The position numbers and the translations under genes were made by a program. This document shows positions 17,489 to 25,816 of a stretch of DNA of 29,606 nucleotides, one piece after another. Source of the stretch: a virus (lineage: Duplodnaviria; Caudoviricetes); the IMG/VR virus record IMGVR_UViG_3300042323_000063, positions 1 through 29,606 of that record; one strand, 5' to 3'. Every line of letters starts with the position of its first letter. The stretch's first letter is position 1. Below the pieces are notes generated by a model that was not told the origin of the DNA, did not search any database, and saw only the letters and a program-made list of their open reading frames with translations.

Positions 17489-18865
17489 TTAAGCCTGAAT
17501 TACTACGCGGTATTGGTCGCTTGTTGGTGCTACTGAGAACAATAGCGTTGCTGTGTTAGTTGTCGAATGCTGAACATCACAAATAACTTCTGCATAAGTG
17601 CCAGTTGCTTCGTAAACAGTTACTTGAATGTCGCGTGTTCCAAGGTTGTGTGTAATTGTGTATGAAGTGGCAGAACCATCTCCAACATTTGCCGCATACT
17701 TGCTAACTACAACCGCGCTGTCAATAGCAACGGTGTTAGTAAGAACAGAAATACCGTTACCTGCACCTACGGCTAAATCAGAAGTAATGTTCAAGCCTGA
17801 TGTAGTAGCAAGTTTTACCTTTGCGCCGCTTGCGCCTGTTTCAAGACCCTTGCCGCTTTCAGGAGCAAATGAGAATACTGAACCATTAAGGACAACGCCA
17901 TTATTTGCTGTGTATGTACCAGCACCGCTAAATTGCGCCCAAACAATGTTAGTAGAGCCAAGAGTTACAGGCGCGTTGTTAGTACATACCCAACCTGTAT
18001 CAGCATTAACAGTTCCTTGTTCTACGAATACATAGGCACTTGGAAACTCTGTTCCGTTATCCATGTCTGTTGAACGAGCAGGTGCGCCTGATGCGGCAAC
18101 TACATAAATACCGTTTTCGGTTGCATCTGCTTGATTCTTGATAAGAATACGATTGCCAGTAGCAAGAGTTACTCCATCAACAACCTGTCCATTAGCGAAT
18201 GATGTTGCAAGAGTTCCTGCTGTTGCTGTTGCTGCAACTACTGAAGCCTTAGTATCAAGACCTTGCGCTACTGAATCAACATAACCTTTGTTAGCCGCGT
18301 CTGTGTCTGCGGTTGGTGTTGCAACAGAAGTAAGTTTGAATCCAGCCATTGACAAATCTGCGGCAGGTGTAAATGCGTGTGTGTGGTCTTCTTTAGAAGG
18401 TGTTGTTGCAGTACCCGCTGAACCAGTAACCCCAGCGATTGCATTAGGTGTTGCTGTTCCAAGTGCAGGTGTTCCGTGTGTATGGTCAGCGCGAGCGTAT
18501 GTTGTTGCAGAACCATTACCGCTTGATGCACCGTAAGAAGTTTGCGCCGTTACTGTGCCAAACGCATTTGTCTGTGTCCAAGCAGAGCCATCTGAATAGT
18601 AAAAAAGAAAAGTGTCTGTTGCGTAAAAAATAGTTCCTGCATCAACAGAGTTAGCGGCAGGGCGATTAGAAAGAAGTCCTGATAATACTGCGTTACCCGC
18701 AACTTCCCAACGAGTACCGTTATAAATGTAAAGTTGATTATCTACGGTGTTGTAATAAACCTGACCCGCTAAAGGTGTTGCAGGTGCCGTTGCAAGATTC
18801 TGAATTACCGCATTTTGTAATTCGTTTTTGCTAAGGTCAATACTAACTAAAAATTTGCGAGCCAT
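17489..18865 (-). CDS. Fibre-like structural protein (head fibre/decoration or tail fibre)
   Basis: GQVYYNT..YNGTRW, DAANKGYVD..AQGLD.KASV, DGVTL..GNRILIKNQ...ENGIYVV, VFVEQG and ITHNLGTRD motifs. Confidence 0.75.
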   Translation of the reverse strand: MARKFLVSIDLSKNELQNAVIQNLATAPATPLAGQVYYNTVDNQLYIYNGTRWEVAGNAVLSGLLSNRPAANSVDAGTIFYATDTFLFYYSDGSAWTQTNAFGTVTAQTSYGASSGNGSATTYARADHTHGTPALGTATPNAIAGVTGSAGTATTPSKEDHTHAFTPAADLSMAGFKLTSVATPTADTDAANKGYVDSVAQGLDTKASVVAATATAGTLATSFANGQVVDGVTLATGNRILIKNQADATENGIYVVAASGAPARSTDMDNGTEFPSAYVFVEQGTVNADTGWVCTNNAPVTLGSTNIVWAQFSGAGTYTANNGVVLNGSVFSFAPESGKGLETGASGAKVKLATTSGLNITSDLAVGAGNGISVLTNTVAIDSAVVVSKYAANVGDGSATSYTITHNLGTRDIQVTVYEATGTYAEVICDVQHSTTNTATLLFSVAPTSDQYRVVIQA

Positions 18866-18874
18866 TTTTTTCTC

Positions 18875-19171
18875 CTAGACTATGTACGCAACACCAGTGA
18901 ATGCACCTGTAAAGGTTATCACCATTTGATTGACGGTTGGATAGGTTATTGAGCCTTCGCATTGTGTTCCGCCCGAATCTAAAACTACCGCTACGGGGTT
19001 AAAACCTAGATTGTGGTTAATTGTCCATACTGCACTTGCTACTGCTTGAGTGTGAGTATAAGCAACATTACCGGGAGAGAATGTACCTGCGGGACCTTGT
19101 GGACCCGGTGAGGCTACTGTAATTTGGTTAATTACAGGCGTTACAATTATGTTATCGCCACCAGTTGTCAT
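18875..19171 (-). CDS. Small fibre-associated protein with short collagen-like segment
   Basis: GPQGPAG followed by the HTQ...SAVWTINHNLG..P...D..G domain. Confidence 0.7.
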   Translation of the reverse strand: MTTGGDNIIVTPVINQITVASPGPQGPAGTFSPGNVAYTHTQAVASAVWTINHNLGFNPVAVVLDSGGTQCEGSITYPTVNQMVITFTGAFTGVAYIV

Positions 19172-19518
19172 CTTGTTACCTCTGCGCTTACTACTACTTG
19201 ACCCTGCACTAAACGCGTTACAACGCTTGGTGAGGCTGGTGATGAAATCTCTAAATCGTAATAATAGTTACCTTCGTCAATTGCGCGGGTTTGTGTTGCG
19301 CTTGCCGTAATAGCAACCGTACCTGTCGCCCCAGTAATTGTAATACCTGCACCCGTAGTTAAACTAAGAACCGCTGTTGGGTCTGAAGGAAGCGAACGCA
19401 ATTGTAATGCCGCCGTATAATTAGTTATGTCAATAGGCGTACCGTTTGGGTTTTGGTATGTGACTGTTAAATACCAAGTAGCACCTTGGTCAATTACTGT
19501 GTTATAAGAAACTGCCAT
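19168..19518 (-). CDS. BppU-N-like beta-sandwich fibre adaptor
   Basis: IDQGAT...PIDITNYTA..QLR...YYYDLEI...RLVQG.V.V..EVTR pattern seen in phage fibre-attachment proteins. Confidence 0.65.
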   Translation of the reverse strand: MAVSYNTVIDQGATWYLTVTYQNPNGTPIDITNYTAALQLRSLPSDPTAVLSLTTGAGITITGATGTVAITASATQTRAIDEGNYYYDLEISSPASPSVVTRLVQGQVVVSAEVTR

Positions 19519-20966
19519 TATTCTCCCTCTATAACTTCAGCAACCACAGGTGCAATAAGCGCAGTACCGCACTTAGTGCAAATGCTAACACTTTTTGGAT
19601 TAGGGAAGCGGCAAGATGGGCAGTATTGCGCCATAGCACTAAGGGCAAGCATAGATGTAGAGCCTTCGTTAAGGTCTGTTAAAGCCCATACTAATGCGTC
19701 AATGCGGTCAGGTGATTTAGGCATGTCAGGTGTCCATGTAACCATTTGGTCTTCTAGCATGTCAAAACTACCTACATGGTGAACACGCCGTTGCTCATAG
19801 AGTGCAGAGATAGGTTCTGCTCTAACTCTTTTGCCGCGTGTTGCAATTACTTTCTTGTACGGGATAGATGAGTTAATAGTTCTTAGAAGTATCTGCACCA
19901 TGTCGCCACCGTTATTTACTTCGGCAACAACGCGGTCTGCTTCCCACTCTTTGTAGGCTTCTACCGCTATACGCGCCCAAGCATCAGGGGTTTCTTTGAC
20001 TGTTTTATCGTCAAGCACATAAAAGTGTCCATCTGCCGACATACCTGCAACGATAATGCCCGTAAGGTCGCTATCTTCTCCACTTGTAACGGCGGGGTCA
20101 ATGGCTACGACTACACGCATTAACTGAGGTGCTTCTGTAACTCTTGTTTCGTCTATTAACTTTCTATGCCACAGCGCACCCTCAACATCATCTAATAGTT
20201 CGCCGTAAAGTTCCTGCCGACCTGTTCTAGTTCCGGCATAGCGGGCTTGTAGTTCTACAAGTGCCGCGGCGGATAGGTTTGTAGCGTTGTCAAAGGTAGA
20301 GCCGCGTGTAATGTAAACAGAGCCGTCTGTTCTGCCCATCCAGTCACGCAAAATCTTAATAGGTTTAGGGGTTGTAGTAATAATCGCTCTTGGATGCGCG
20401 CCAATACGCAAGGCAGGAGCAATACCCTCGTACCAAGACTCATACGAGTATCGCCATTTAGCAATCTCGTCTGCCCATACGCCGGACAGGTTAAATCCAC
20501 GACCAGCATCAGGATTATCCGCGCCAAACATGTGTATCTTCTGCCCTTCGGCAAAGCCAATCTGCCAAGAGGACTTGTTATAGGTAAAGTCCACAAGGTT
20601 TGTAAGCCCACGCTTCTGCAAGACTCGCAAGATACCGGACGGACCCTCAACGCACATCACGCGGGTATCACCAAAAGTTTCGCCAATAATTGCCCACTCA
20701 GTAGGTGCGCCATCAGGAGCCTTTGGGTTCTTAAGTACCCAATCCACAAGTATCTCTGCCCCTGTGCGGGTCTTTCCCCATCCACGACCCGCAAGGATTA
20801 GCCAAACACCCCACTTGCCCTCAGGCAGTTGTTGTTCAGGGCGACCAATAAACCACCAAGGAAGCGTAAGCATCTCTACGCGTTGTTCTTCAGACAGGTT
20901 GTTAATTACAACCCGCTTTTCTTCTTCGGGTAGCGTGGTTAGATACTCAAGCATGCTAAGTGCCAT
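19518..20966 (-). CDS. terL: Terminase large subunit with C-terminal Zn ribbon
   Basis: Walker A AGRGWGKT, Walker B WADE, motif III TTTP, nuclease VAIDPA and SPDRIDALVWA. Confidence 0.95.
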   Translation of the reverse strand: MALSMLEYLTTLPEEEKRVVINNLSEEQRVEMLTLPWWFIGRPEQQLPEGKWGVWLILAGRGWGKTRTGAEILVDWVLKNPKAPDGAPTEWAIIGETFGDTRVMCVEGPSGILRVLQKRGLTNLVDFTYNKSSWQIGFAEGQKIHMFGADNPDAGRGFNLSGVWADEIAKWRYSYESWYEGIAPALRIGAHPRAIITTTPKPIKILRDWMGRTDGSVYITRGSTFDNATNLSAAALVELQARYAGTRTGRQELYGELLDDVEGALWHRKLIDETRVTEAPQLMRVVVAIDPAVTSGEDSDLTGIIVAGMSADGHFYVLDDKTVKETPDAWARIAVEAYKEWEADRVVAEVNNGGDMVQILLRTINSSIPYKKVIATRGKRVRAEPISALYEQRRVHHVGSFDMLEDQMVTWTPDMPKSPDRIDALVWALTDLNEGSTSMLALSAMAQYCPSCRFPNPKSVSICTKCGTALIAPVVAEVIEGE

Positions 20967-20969
20967 GAG

Positions 20970-21098
20970 TTAGCCCCCTAGTCTGTTAATGTCTCTCTTA
21001 ATCTTGACCATCTCTTTGCGTGTCTTTTTCTCTAAGCGTTTAAGCCTTTGGGTTGCAATCCAAAAGGTTATGTTCCATCTAACCCATTTCATCTTCAT
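20970..21098 (-). CDS. 42-aa basic microprotein (not in track)
   Basis: MKMKWVRWNITFWIATQRLKRLEKKTRKEMVKIKRDINRLGG; GAAGGGG RBS; fills the TerS-TerL gap. Confidence 0.5.
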   Translation of the reverse strand: MKMKWVRWNITFWIATQRLKRLEKKTRKEMVKIKRDINRLGG

Positions 21099-21510
21099 CC
21101 CCCTTCGGCGCAAGCAGTTCAAGCAAGGCTTGGCGCGTATCTACGGCTACATTTATAGGGCTTCCGTTCACGCCTGACAACTCAACATTAGTTTGCTTTG
21201 ACCACTTCTTAGGTTGGCTACGCTCTAACCACCATGCGGCGGCTTGCCATGAGTCATCAGCGGCTTTCTGTATCTTTAGGACATTCCGCATCTCTGCTTC
21301 AGCCCTTGCGGTTCGTACGGTGTCCATTAAATCCAAATAAATCTGTTTTGCGCCCGTTTTCTCTGCTTCTGTGAGCCATTGGTAAAAAATAGACCTAGAA
21401 ATGCCCGCGTAATCGCAAGCAGTCTCTATGTAATTACCTGCCGCAAGGGCATTTCCTAACTTATCTATCAATTCTTTAGTAAGTTTAGGCTTTCTTCCAC
21501 GCGTAGCCAT
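21079..21510 (-). CDS. terS: Terminase small subunit (HTH)
   Basis: GRKPKLT...GNYIETACDYAGISRSIFYQWL HTH; WQAAAWWLER; VELSG.NG.PI; upstream of TerL. Confidence 0.8.
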   Translation of the reverse strand: MATRGRKPKLTKELIDKLGNALAAGNYIETACDYAGISRSIFYQWLTEAEKTGAKQIYLDLMDTVRTARAEAEMRNVLKIQKAADDSWQAAAWWLERSQPKKWSKQTNVELSGVNGSPINVAVDTRQALLELLAPKGDEDEMG

Positions 21511-22079
21511 TAGATAGTCCAGTTCTTATCTTTCATTAAGTCATGCTTCCAAATGGTTACGGTCTCTAGACAATGAGGGCAAGGTATCTCTAGTTTAGGA
21601 GTGTTGGCTCTGTCCTCTGATGCCTGAGTAAATTGTTGTTCTAACTTCTCAGAGATTTGGTCAATAGTCTCTTGCTCTTTGCCCTTTTGCACTTTGACGA
21701 AATCAGCGTCTAATTGGACATCAGGAAAGAACAGTTCCCTAAACTCAGGGTCGCTAAACTCTTTAAGTTCTAAGGCTAGTTCTGCCGACCAAGTAGCGTA
21801 CTCGCTAGTACGGTTGTCAATAATCCGGAACTCTTTAGCCTTTTTAGCCGCCATGTCGCTCACAATTACAGGGATGTCTGTGTATCCCAGTTCTTTAAGT
21901 GCGCGATAGCGTGTATGTCCAGTAATAATGGTCATCTGCTCATCTACGATAATAGGTGTCTGATAACCAAATTCAGCAATAGAAGCCTTTACCTTTGATA
22001 TTGCAAGGTCATTCTTGCGCGGATTTCTCCAGTAAGGGATAAGCGTCTCAATGCTTACCGTTCTCATCTCATTCGCCAT
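21510..22079 (-). CDS. ParB/Srx-domain protein with C-terminal CPHC
   Basis: LIPYWRNPRKN, SI.EFGY..PI.VD, ITGHTRYRA and RIIDNRTSE.A.W; likely start MANEMR at 22079. Confidence 0.88.
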   Translation of the reverse strand: MANEMRTVSIETLIPYWRNPRKNDLAISKVKASIAEFGYQTPIIVDEQMTIITGHTRYRALKELGYTDIPVIVSDMAAKKAKEFRIIDNRTSEYATWSAELALELKEFSDPEFRELFFPDVQLDADFVKVQKGKEQETIDQISEKLEQQFTQASEDRANTPKLEIPCPHCLETVTIWKHDLMKDKNWTI

Positions 22080-22767
22080 CTTTGTACCTTCCACTTGGAA
22101 TTGGTTCGCCAGCCTCGTATGCCTTGCGAATCTTTAATTGTCTGTCTGTCTCCCATGCTTTGCCGTATTGAGCGTTCTCAAACAGTTTGGCAAAGCCTGT
22201 TACATACTTAAGCCGCGCTAATTCCTCAGGCTCTAAGCCCACTTCATTACAAATCTGCTCATCTGTTGCACCATTCCGGAGCATGTCAAAAACAATCTTG
22301 CCCATTCCCGCTACTGAGTGCTTGCCGCGAGCGCGGTTGTGACGGACAGTTGAAGCCATGCGGTCATTTATGTCCTTGTCAATTACGACAATAGGCAAGC
22401 GTCCGTCATTTAGTTTATAAATGTCCTCGTATCGGCGCATAATTGTGTAACGGTGAAAGCCGTCCACGATTACATACTTCTGAATCTCAGGGTCATAAAC
22501 AGTAACTACGGGTTGTGTGTAACCATCGTGACTAATTGAGGTGTAAAGCAAACGCATCTCGTTACCTGCAACGCTGTTTGGGTTGTAATCATTAGCCTGA
22601 ACCTGCTCAACCGGAACCCATCGCACCATGTCAATAGGTTGGCTATGGCGTGGAGAGAGTACGCGGTACATAAAGTCCTTAACTTCGTTAAAGAACTCTT
22701 GCTTATCTTCTGCCGCGTTGTACCCGTCAGTTATTGCTTGCTTCAGCGTGTCCGTTAAGTTTGGCAC
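22069..22767 (-). CDS. ibrB: IbrB/YbdM-like ParB-domain protein
   Basis: ANDYNPNSVA..EM.LL..SI..DGYTQP.V, IVDGFHRY and MASTVRHNRARGKH; HTH-like C-terminus; GTG start with GGAG RBS. Confidence 0.85.
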   Translation of the reverse strand: MPNLTDTLKQAITDGYNAAEDKQEFFNEVKDFMYRVLSPRHSQPIDMVRWVPVEQVQANDYNPNSVAGNEMRLLYTSISHDGYTQPVVTVYDPEIQKYVIVDGFHRYTIMRRYEDIYKLNDGRLPIVVIDKDINDRMASTVRHNRARGKHSVAGMGKIVFDMLRNGATDEQICNEVGLEPEELARLKYVTGFAKLFENAQYGKAWETDRQLKIRKAYEAGEPIPSGRYKDGE

Positions 22768-23869
22768 TATGACGCTCCAATCTCGCTAATTGGTCGTCTG
22801 TCGCGTGACTGACTTCCCAGTTCTTTAGTTTAGTCATGTCGTAATCATTACACAAAACGGAGTTAATCTGCGCTTTGTAAAGATGCCCTGTCTCTATTGA
22901 GCGGGAGTATCGGCTTTCAAGCGATACAAAATACTTCCTAAAGTTTTCTTGGTTTTGCGGGTCAAGCACTAAATGGTCTACTAGGTAATCGCGGTACTCA
23001 ACCCAGTTGTTAAACATAAATGGCAATTCGTATACAAACCAGTCCTCTTTGCCCATCTTGCCAGCGGTATCTAAGCCGCTAATGCGTTGGGTAGCCTTTT
23101 GGTAGGTCTCAGGCTCAATTTCTTGCAGCATAAACAAACTGTGTACCGCTGTCTCATGGTGATAATTAGACACGCGCATCTTAGGTACAGGAGTGCCGTA
23201 TCTAAATAACTCGTTGTAGTGAGTGTTGTAATCCCATTGGTTATCCCAAATAGCCTTCCAAACATCTATGTAACCCCAGTCATAAATTGGGTGAAAGTTG
23301 TAATGGTTGGCTTTCTTGTCAATTGTGTTGCCCCAAGTAATCCATTTGTATGTCACATCTGAGGTGCAACCTACAAAACGCGCAGGGCTTTCTTGAGTTC
23401 TAACCCCTGTAAGCGCGGCAGTTGGTTGCCCTGCAAATTCTTTACGCACAATGGCTTCCATAAGTTTAACGAAGCGGTCTGTGCCGTATGTATTCTCTTT
23501 GATAGAAATAGGGTCTTGTTCTCTAACCCATTCCTCGCCTTCGCCCCATACATTGAGCCAAGCCTCTGTTGCCGAAGTAGCGTTAGCCAAGCGGAAAGGT
23601 ATCTGATACCACATAGGTTTTACTTCAGGGTCATACATCACACGCTTTACATACTCAGCGGTAGCCTCAAACTCGCATTCTTGGTCTAACCACATCACAG
23701 GTACGGGTAACTTGCCGCGCTCGCGAGCAACAATCTTTGTTAGTTCTAGGACTACGGTGCTGTCTTTACCGCCCGAAAAAGAGACTACAACATTTGGAAA
23801 CTCATCATAAATAAGTCTAATGCGGTCTAACGCTTCGTTATAAACATCTCTGTTTTTATAGACTTTCAT
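22727..23869 (-). CDS. ibrA: IbrA/YbdN-like PAPS-reductase-family PP-loop protein
   Basis: VSFSGGKDS PP-loop, LDQECE, GVRTQES..RF, PIYDW...DVW, MRVS and IEPETY; likely start MKVYKN at 23869. Confidence 0.85.
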   Translation of the reverse strand: MKVYKNRDVYNEALDRIRLIYDEFPNVVVSFSGGKDSTVVLELTKIVARERGKLPVPVMWLDQECEFEATAEYVKRVMYDPEVKPMWYQIPFRLANATSATEAWLNVWGEGEEWVREQDPISIKENTYGTDRFVKLMEAIVRKEFAGQPTAALTGVRTQESPARFVGCTSDVTYKWITWGNTIDKKANHYNFHPIYDWGYIDVWKAIWDNQWDYNTHYNELFRYGTPVPKMRVSNYHHETAVHSLFMLQEIEPETYQKATQRISGLDTAGKMGKEDWFVYELPFMFNNWVEYRDYLVDHLVLDPQNQENFRKYFVSLESRYSRSIETGHLYKAQINSVLCNDYDMTKLKNWEVSHATDDQLARLERHSAKLNGHAEASNN

Positions 23870-24728
23870 AAGTACCCACAATCGGCATGTTTGATGCAAT
23901 CAAATAATTACCAAATTCATGTCGGTTATCAAACACCTGTTCGATTCTTTCGTAATTAGTGTTTGTTTCGTCCGGTGATGTGTAATAACTAGGCAGATAC
24001 CCTTGTTTGTAAAACATAAAGTAATAATTCTTGCCACAGGCTAATAACTTTTCGTAATTGTCAGGGTTTATGTATGACGGTGAGCCAAACAAAGCAATTG
24101 CGGTATCAAACTGTCCGTCATGGTCAAAGGCATCAAATGTTTTCTGACGGAATGCATGGCTTGGGAACTTACGAATAAACTCATTCATCATGCCCTGTGA
24201 TGGGTCAATGCCTAAATACATAAACGGTGATGTTGGAAAATACTCCAGCAGTAATCCAGTACCGCAACCAATATCAAGAACTGAGCCTTTGAGATGCGGG
24301 GTTAGCGCATTAAACAATTGCGCGTTCTCTGCTAAGTAAGCGTCTGTTGAGTATTTATTGTCATACACAGGTGATAAACGGTCATAAACAGTTTCAGAAT
24401 AGGTGCGATTTACCACAGGGGCGACCTGCCTTCCGTAAAATGCGCTAGAAGGCGCACGATTTATGATGATTGTTTCGGCAATAGGGCTTCCCATAGTCCA
24501 ATACTTCAGACCGTTTACATGCAAGTAAATGTATGTCTTGCTATAAAAGTTTTCCGGATGTCCGTACACTCGTATTAACTGTACAAACTTAACAAAATCA
24601 GAATCATGCTCAGGTCGCCATTCTCTAACCGTATAAGCATGTGCCGCACTTTGTTTTGATGGTTTCCAAAAACAATCGTCTATGTAATCAAGTATCCAAT
24701 TAAGGTCGTCGTCAGGAAGTAATGGCAA
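23856..24728 (-). CDS. Fusion of an unknown ~90-aa domain and a class I SAM-dependent transferase
   Basis: YDRLSPVYD, VLDIGCGTG, GIDPS.GM and FD.AIALFGSPSY; N-terminal H.YTVR...FV..IR.YG..KYWTMG.P..T.IINRA domain. Confidence 0.8.
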   Translation of the reverse strand: MPLLPDDDLNWILDYIDDCFWKPSKQSAAHAYTVREWRPEHDSDFVKFVQLIRVYGHPENFYSKTYIYLHVNGLKYWTMGSPIAETIIINRAPSSAFYGRQVAPVVNRTYSETVYDRLSPVYDNKYSTDAYLAENAQLFNALTPHLKGSVLDIGCGTGLLLEYFPTSPFMYLGIDPSQGMMNEFIRKFPSHAFRQKTFDAFDHDGQFDTAIALFGSPSYINPDNYEKLLACGKNYYFMFYKQGYLPSYYTSPDETNTNYERIEQVFDNRHEFGNYLIASNMPIVGTYESL

Positions 24729-24740
24729 TCCTTGCGCCCC

Positions 24741-24914
24741 CTAATCTTTTGTCGCTGTTATCCTTGCGTCTAACAGGTCATCTATACTGTTTCTGTAAAA
24801 CTCTCGCTGCTGATGTGTAAGCCTATTACCGTATCTGTCATCTTTCAATTTTGCAGACAGGTACGCAATTGCCTCATCTAGTTCGGCAAGTGATGTAGGT
24901 TCAGTAATTTGCAT
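24741..24914 (-). CDS. 57-aa helical hypothetical protein (not in track)
   Basis: MQITEPTSLAELDEAIAYLSAKLKDDRYGNRLTHQQREFYRNSIDDLLDARITATKD; fills the gap. Confidence 0.65.
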   Translation of the reverse strand: MQITEPTSLAELDEAIAYLSAKLKDDRYGNRLTHQQREFYRNSIDDLLDARITATKD

Positions 24915-24930
24915 AACAAAATGCTACCCA
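24915..24930 (-). promoter_or_regulatory. Putative leaderless promoter (-10 TAGCAT, 6 nt before ATG)
   Basis: Minus strand GGG-TAGCAT-TTTGTT-ATG; no SD sequence and no -35 consensus. Confidence 0.45.
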
Positions 24931-24933
24931 CAA

Positions 24934-25113
24934 TTACTTGCTTTTTCTTGTTGCCCTTTTCTCAGCATAGGCAAACACATCTGCTTGGTTGTAAAACACT
25001 TTGCGACCTTCGCGGCGTACCCATTTAAGGTTTCCGCGGTGCTGAATCTGACGCAAGTTGTTAATTGTAATTTTTAGATATTCTGCGGTTTCAACGGCTG
25101 TCATCTCTACCAT
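24934..25113 (-). CDS. 59-aa MerR/excisionase-like HTH DNA-binding protein (not in track)
   Basis: MVEMTAVETAEYLKITINNLRQIQHRGNLKWVRREGRKVFYNQADVFAYAEKRATRKSK matches the winged HTH_17-type pattern. Confidence 0.75.
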   Translation of the reverse strand: MVEMTAVETAEYLKITINNLRQIQHRGNLKWVRREGRKVFYNQADVFAYAEKRATRKSK

Positions 25114-25466
25114 GGTGGAGTGTCCTCTGTTTTTGTTTTGCGTACGGGGCGCGGAACAATACCGATTTCGTCCGCCATAATTTCTAGCCCTGTTCGCTGA
25201 TTGCCTTCTTTGTCTGTAAAGGTAGATTGCTTAAGTGTGCCGCTAACAATTACGGTATCGCCTTTAACTAGCGTGTCTGTAATTGTTTCAGCCTTTTCGC
25301 CAAATTGAATAACGCGAAACCACATAGTTTCGCCGTCTACCCATTGGTCGTCTTTCTTTTCGCGAGGTGTTGATGCCACGCTAAATGAAACCCAAGCCTT
25401 ACCTGCCTTAGAAAACTTTAACTCAGGGTCTTTTCCAAGGTTGCCTTTAATTGTTATGTGTGCCAT
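25107..25466 (-). CDS. ssb: Single-stranded DNA-binding protein
   Basis: ITIKGNLGKDPELKF..GKA..FSVA, W.DGETMWFRV, L.KGD.V.V.G.L and a C-terminal DTPPW tail. Confidence 0.93.
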   Translation of the reverse strand: MAHITIKGNLGKDPELKFSKAGKAWVSFSVASTPREKKDDQWVDGETMWFRVIQFGEKAETITDTLVKGDTVIVSGTLKQSTFTDKEGNQRTGLEIMADEIGIVPRPVRKTKTEDTPPW

Positions 25467-25816
25467 TCCTTACCTTCCTCTAATGAGATTACATTACCAT
25501 TATTTTGTAATAATACAATTGAGCCGTCAGGCTTAAAGAACGGCGTGTCTTCGGGGTTTTGCCAAGAGCCAACCATCCAGCCTTTGTCCATAGCCAAACC
25601 GGGGCGGCTGTGAATAGAATCTGTGTCTAAATTGTGGCAACCATGATGAACCCAAATAAGATTAGAGACAGAATGCTCGCCCCCTCGGGAACGCAATTTG
25701 CGGTGGTGTAACGCCATGCTTTTTTGCGCCCGATGTCCGCACACCTCGCAATAGCCATTAGCGCGGGAGATGACAACCTCCACGACCTCAGGACTAATCT
25801 TCGTCTTCTTCTTCAT
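25454..25816 (-). CDS. HNH endonuclease
   Basis: CEVCG...HHRKLRSRGG.H..SNLIWVH.GCH; start codon uncertain (25816 or 25849). Confidence 0.85.
   Translation of the reverse strand: MKKKTKISPEVVEVVISRANGYCEVCGHRAQKSMALHHRKLRSRGGEHSVSNLIWVHHGCHNLDTDSIHSRPGLAMDKGWMVGSWQNPEDTPFFKPDGSIVLLQNNGNVISLEEGKEWHT

Noticed and set aside
972-23553. Short minus-strand alternative-frame ORFs nested in large genes (e.g. 972..1154, 8617..8937, 16506..16811, 20255..20650)
   Set aside because: They are wholly or almost wholly nested in confident genes, with no motifs or initiation signals.
22727-23869. PAPS reductase (cysH) as a sulfur-metabolism auxiliary gene
   Set aside because: It lacks the CysH C-terminal ECGLH motif, carries YbdN/IbrA-type motifs and is paired with an IbrB-like gene.
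21510-24728. Canonical Dnd/Ssp phosphorothioation system or ParABS partition system
   Set aside because: No cysteine desulfurase, DndD/DndE or SspB/SspC, and no ParA ATPase or parS array in the window; only fold-level relationships.
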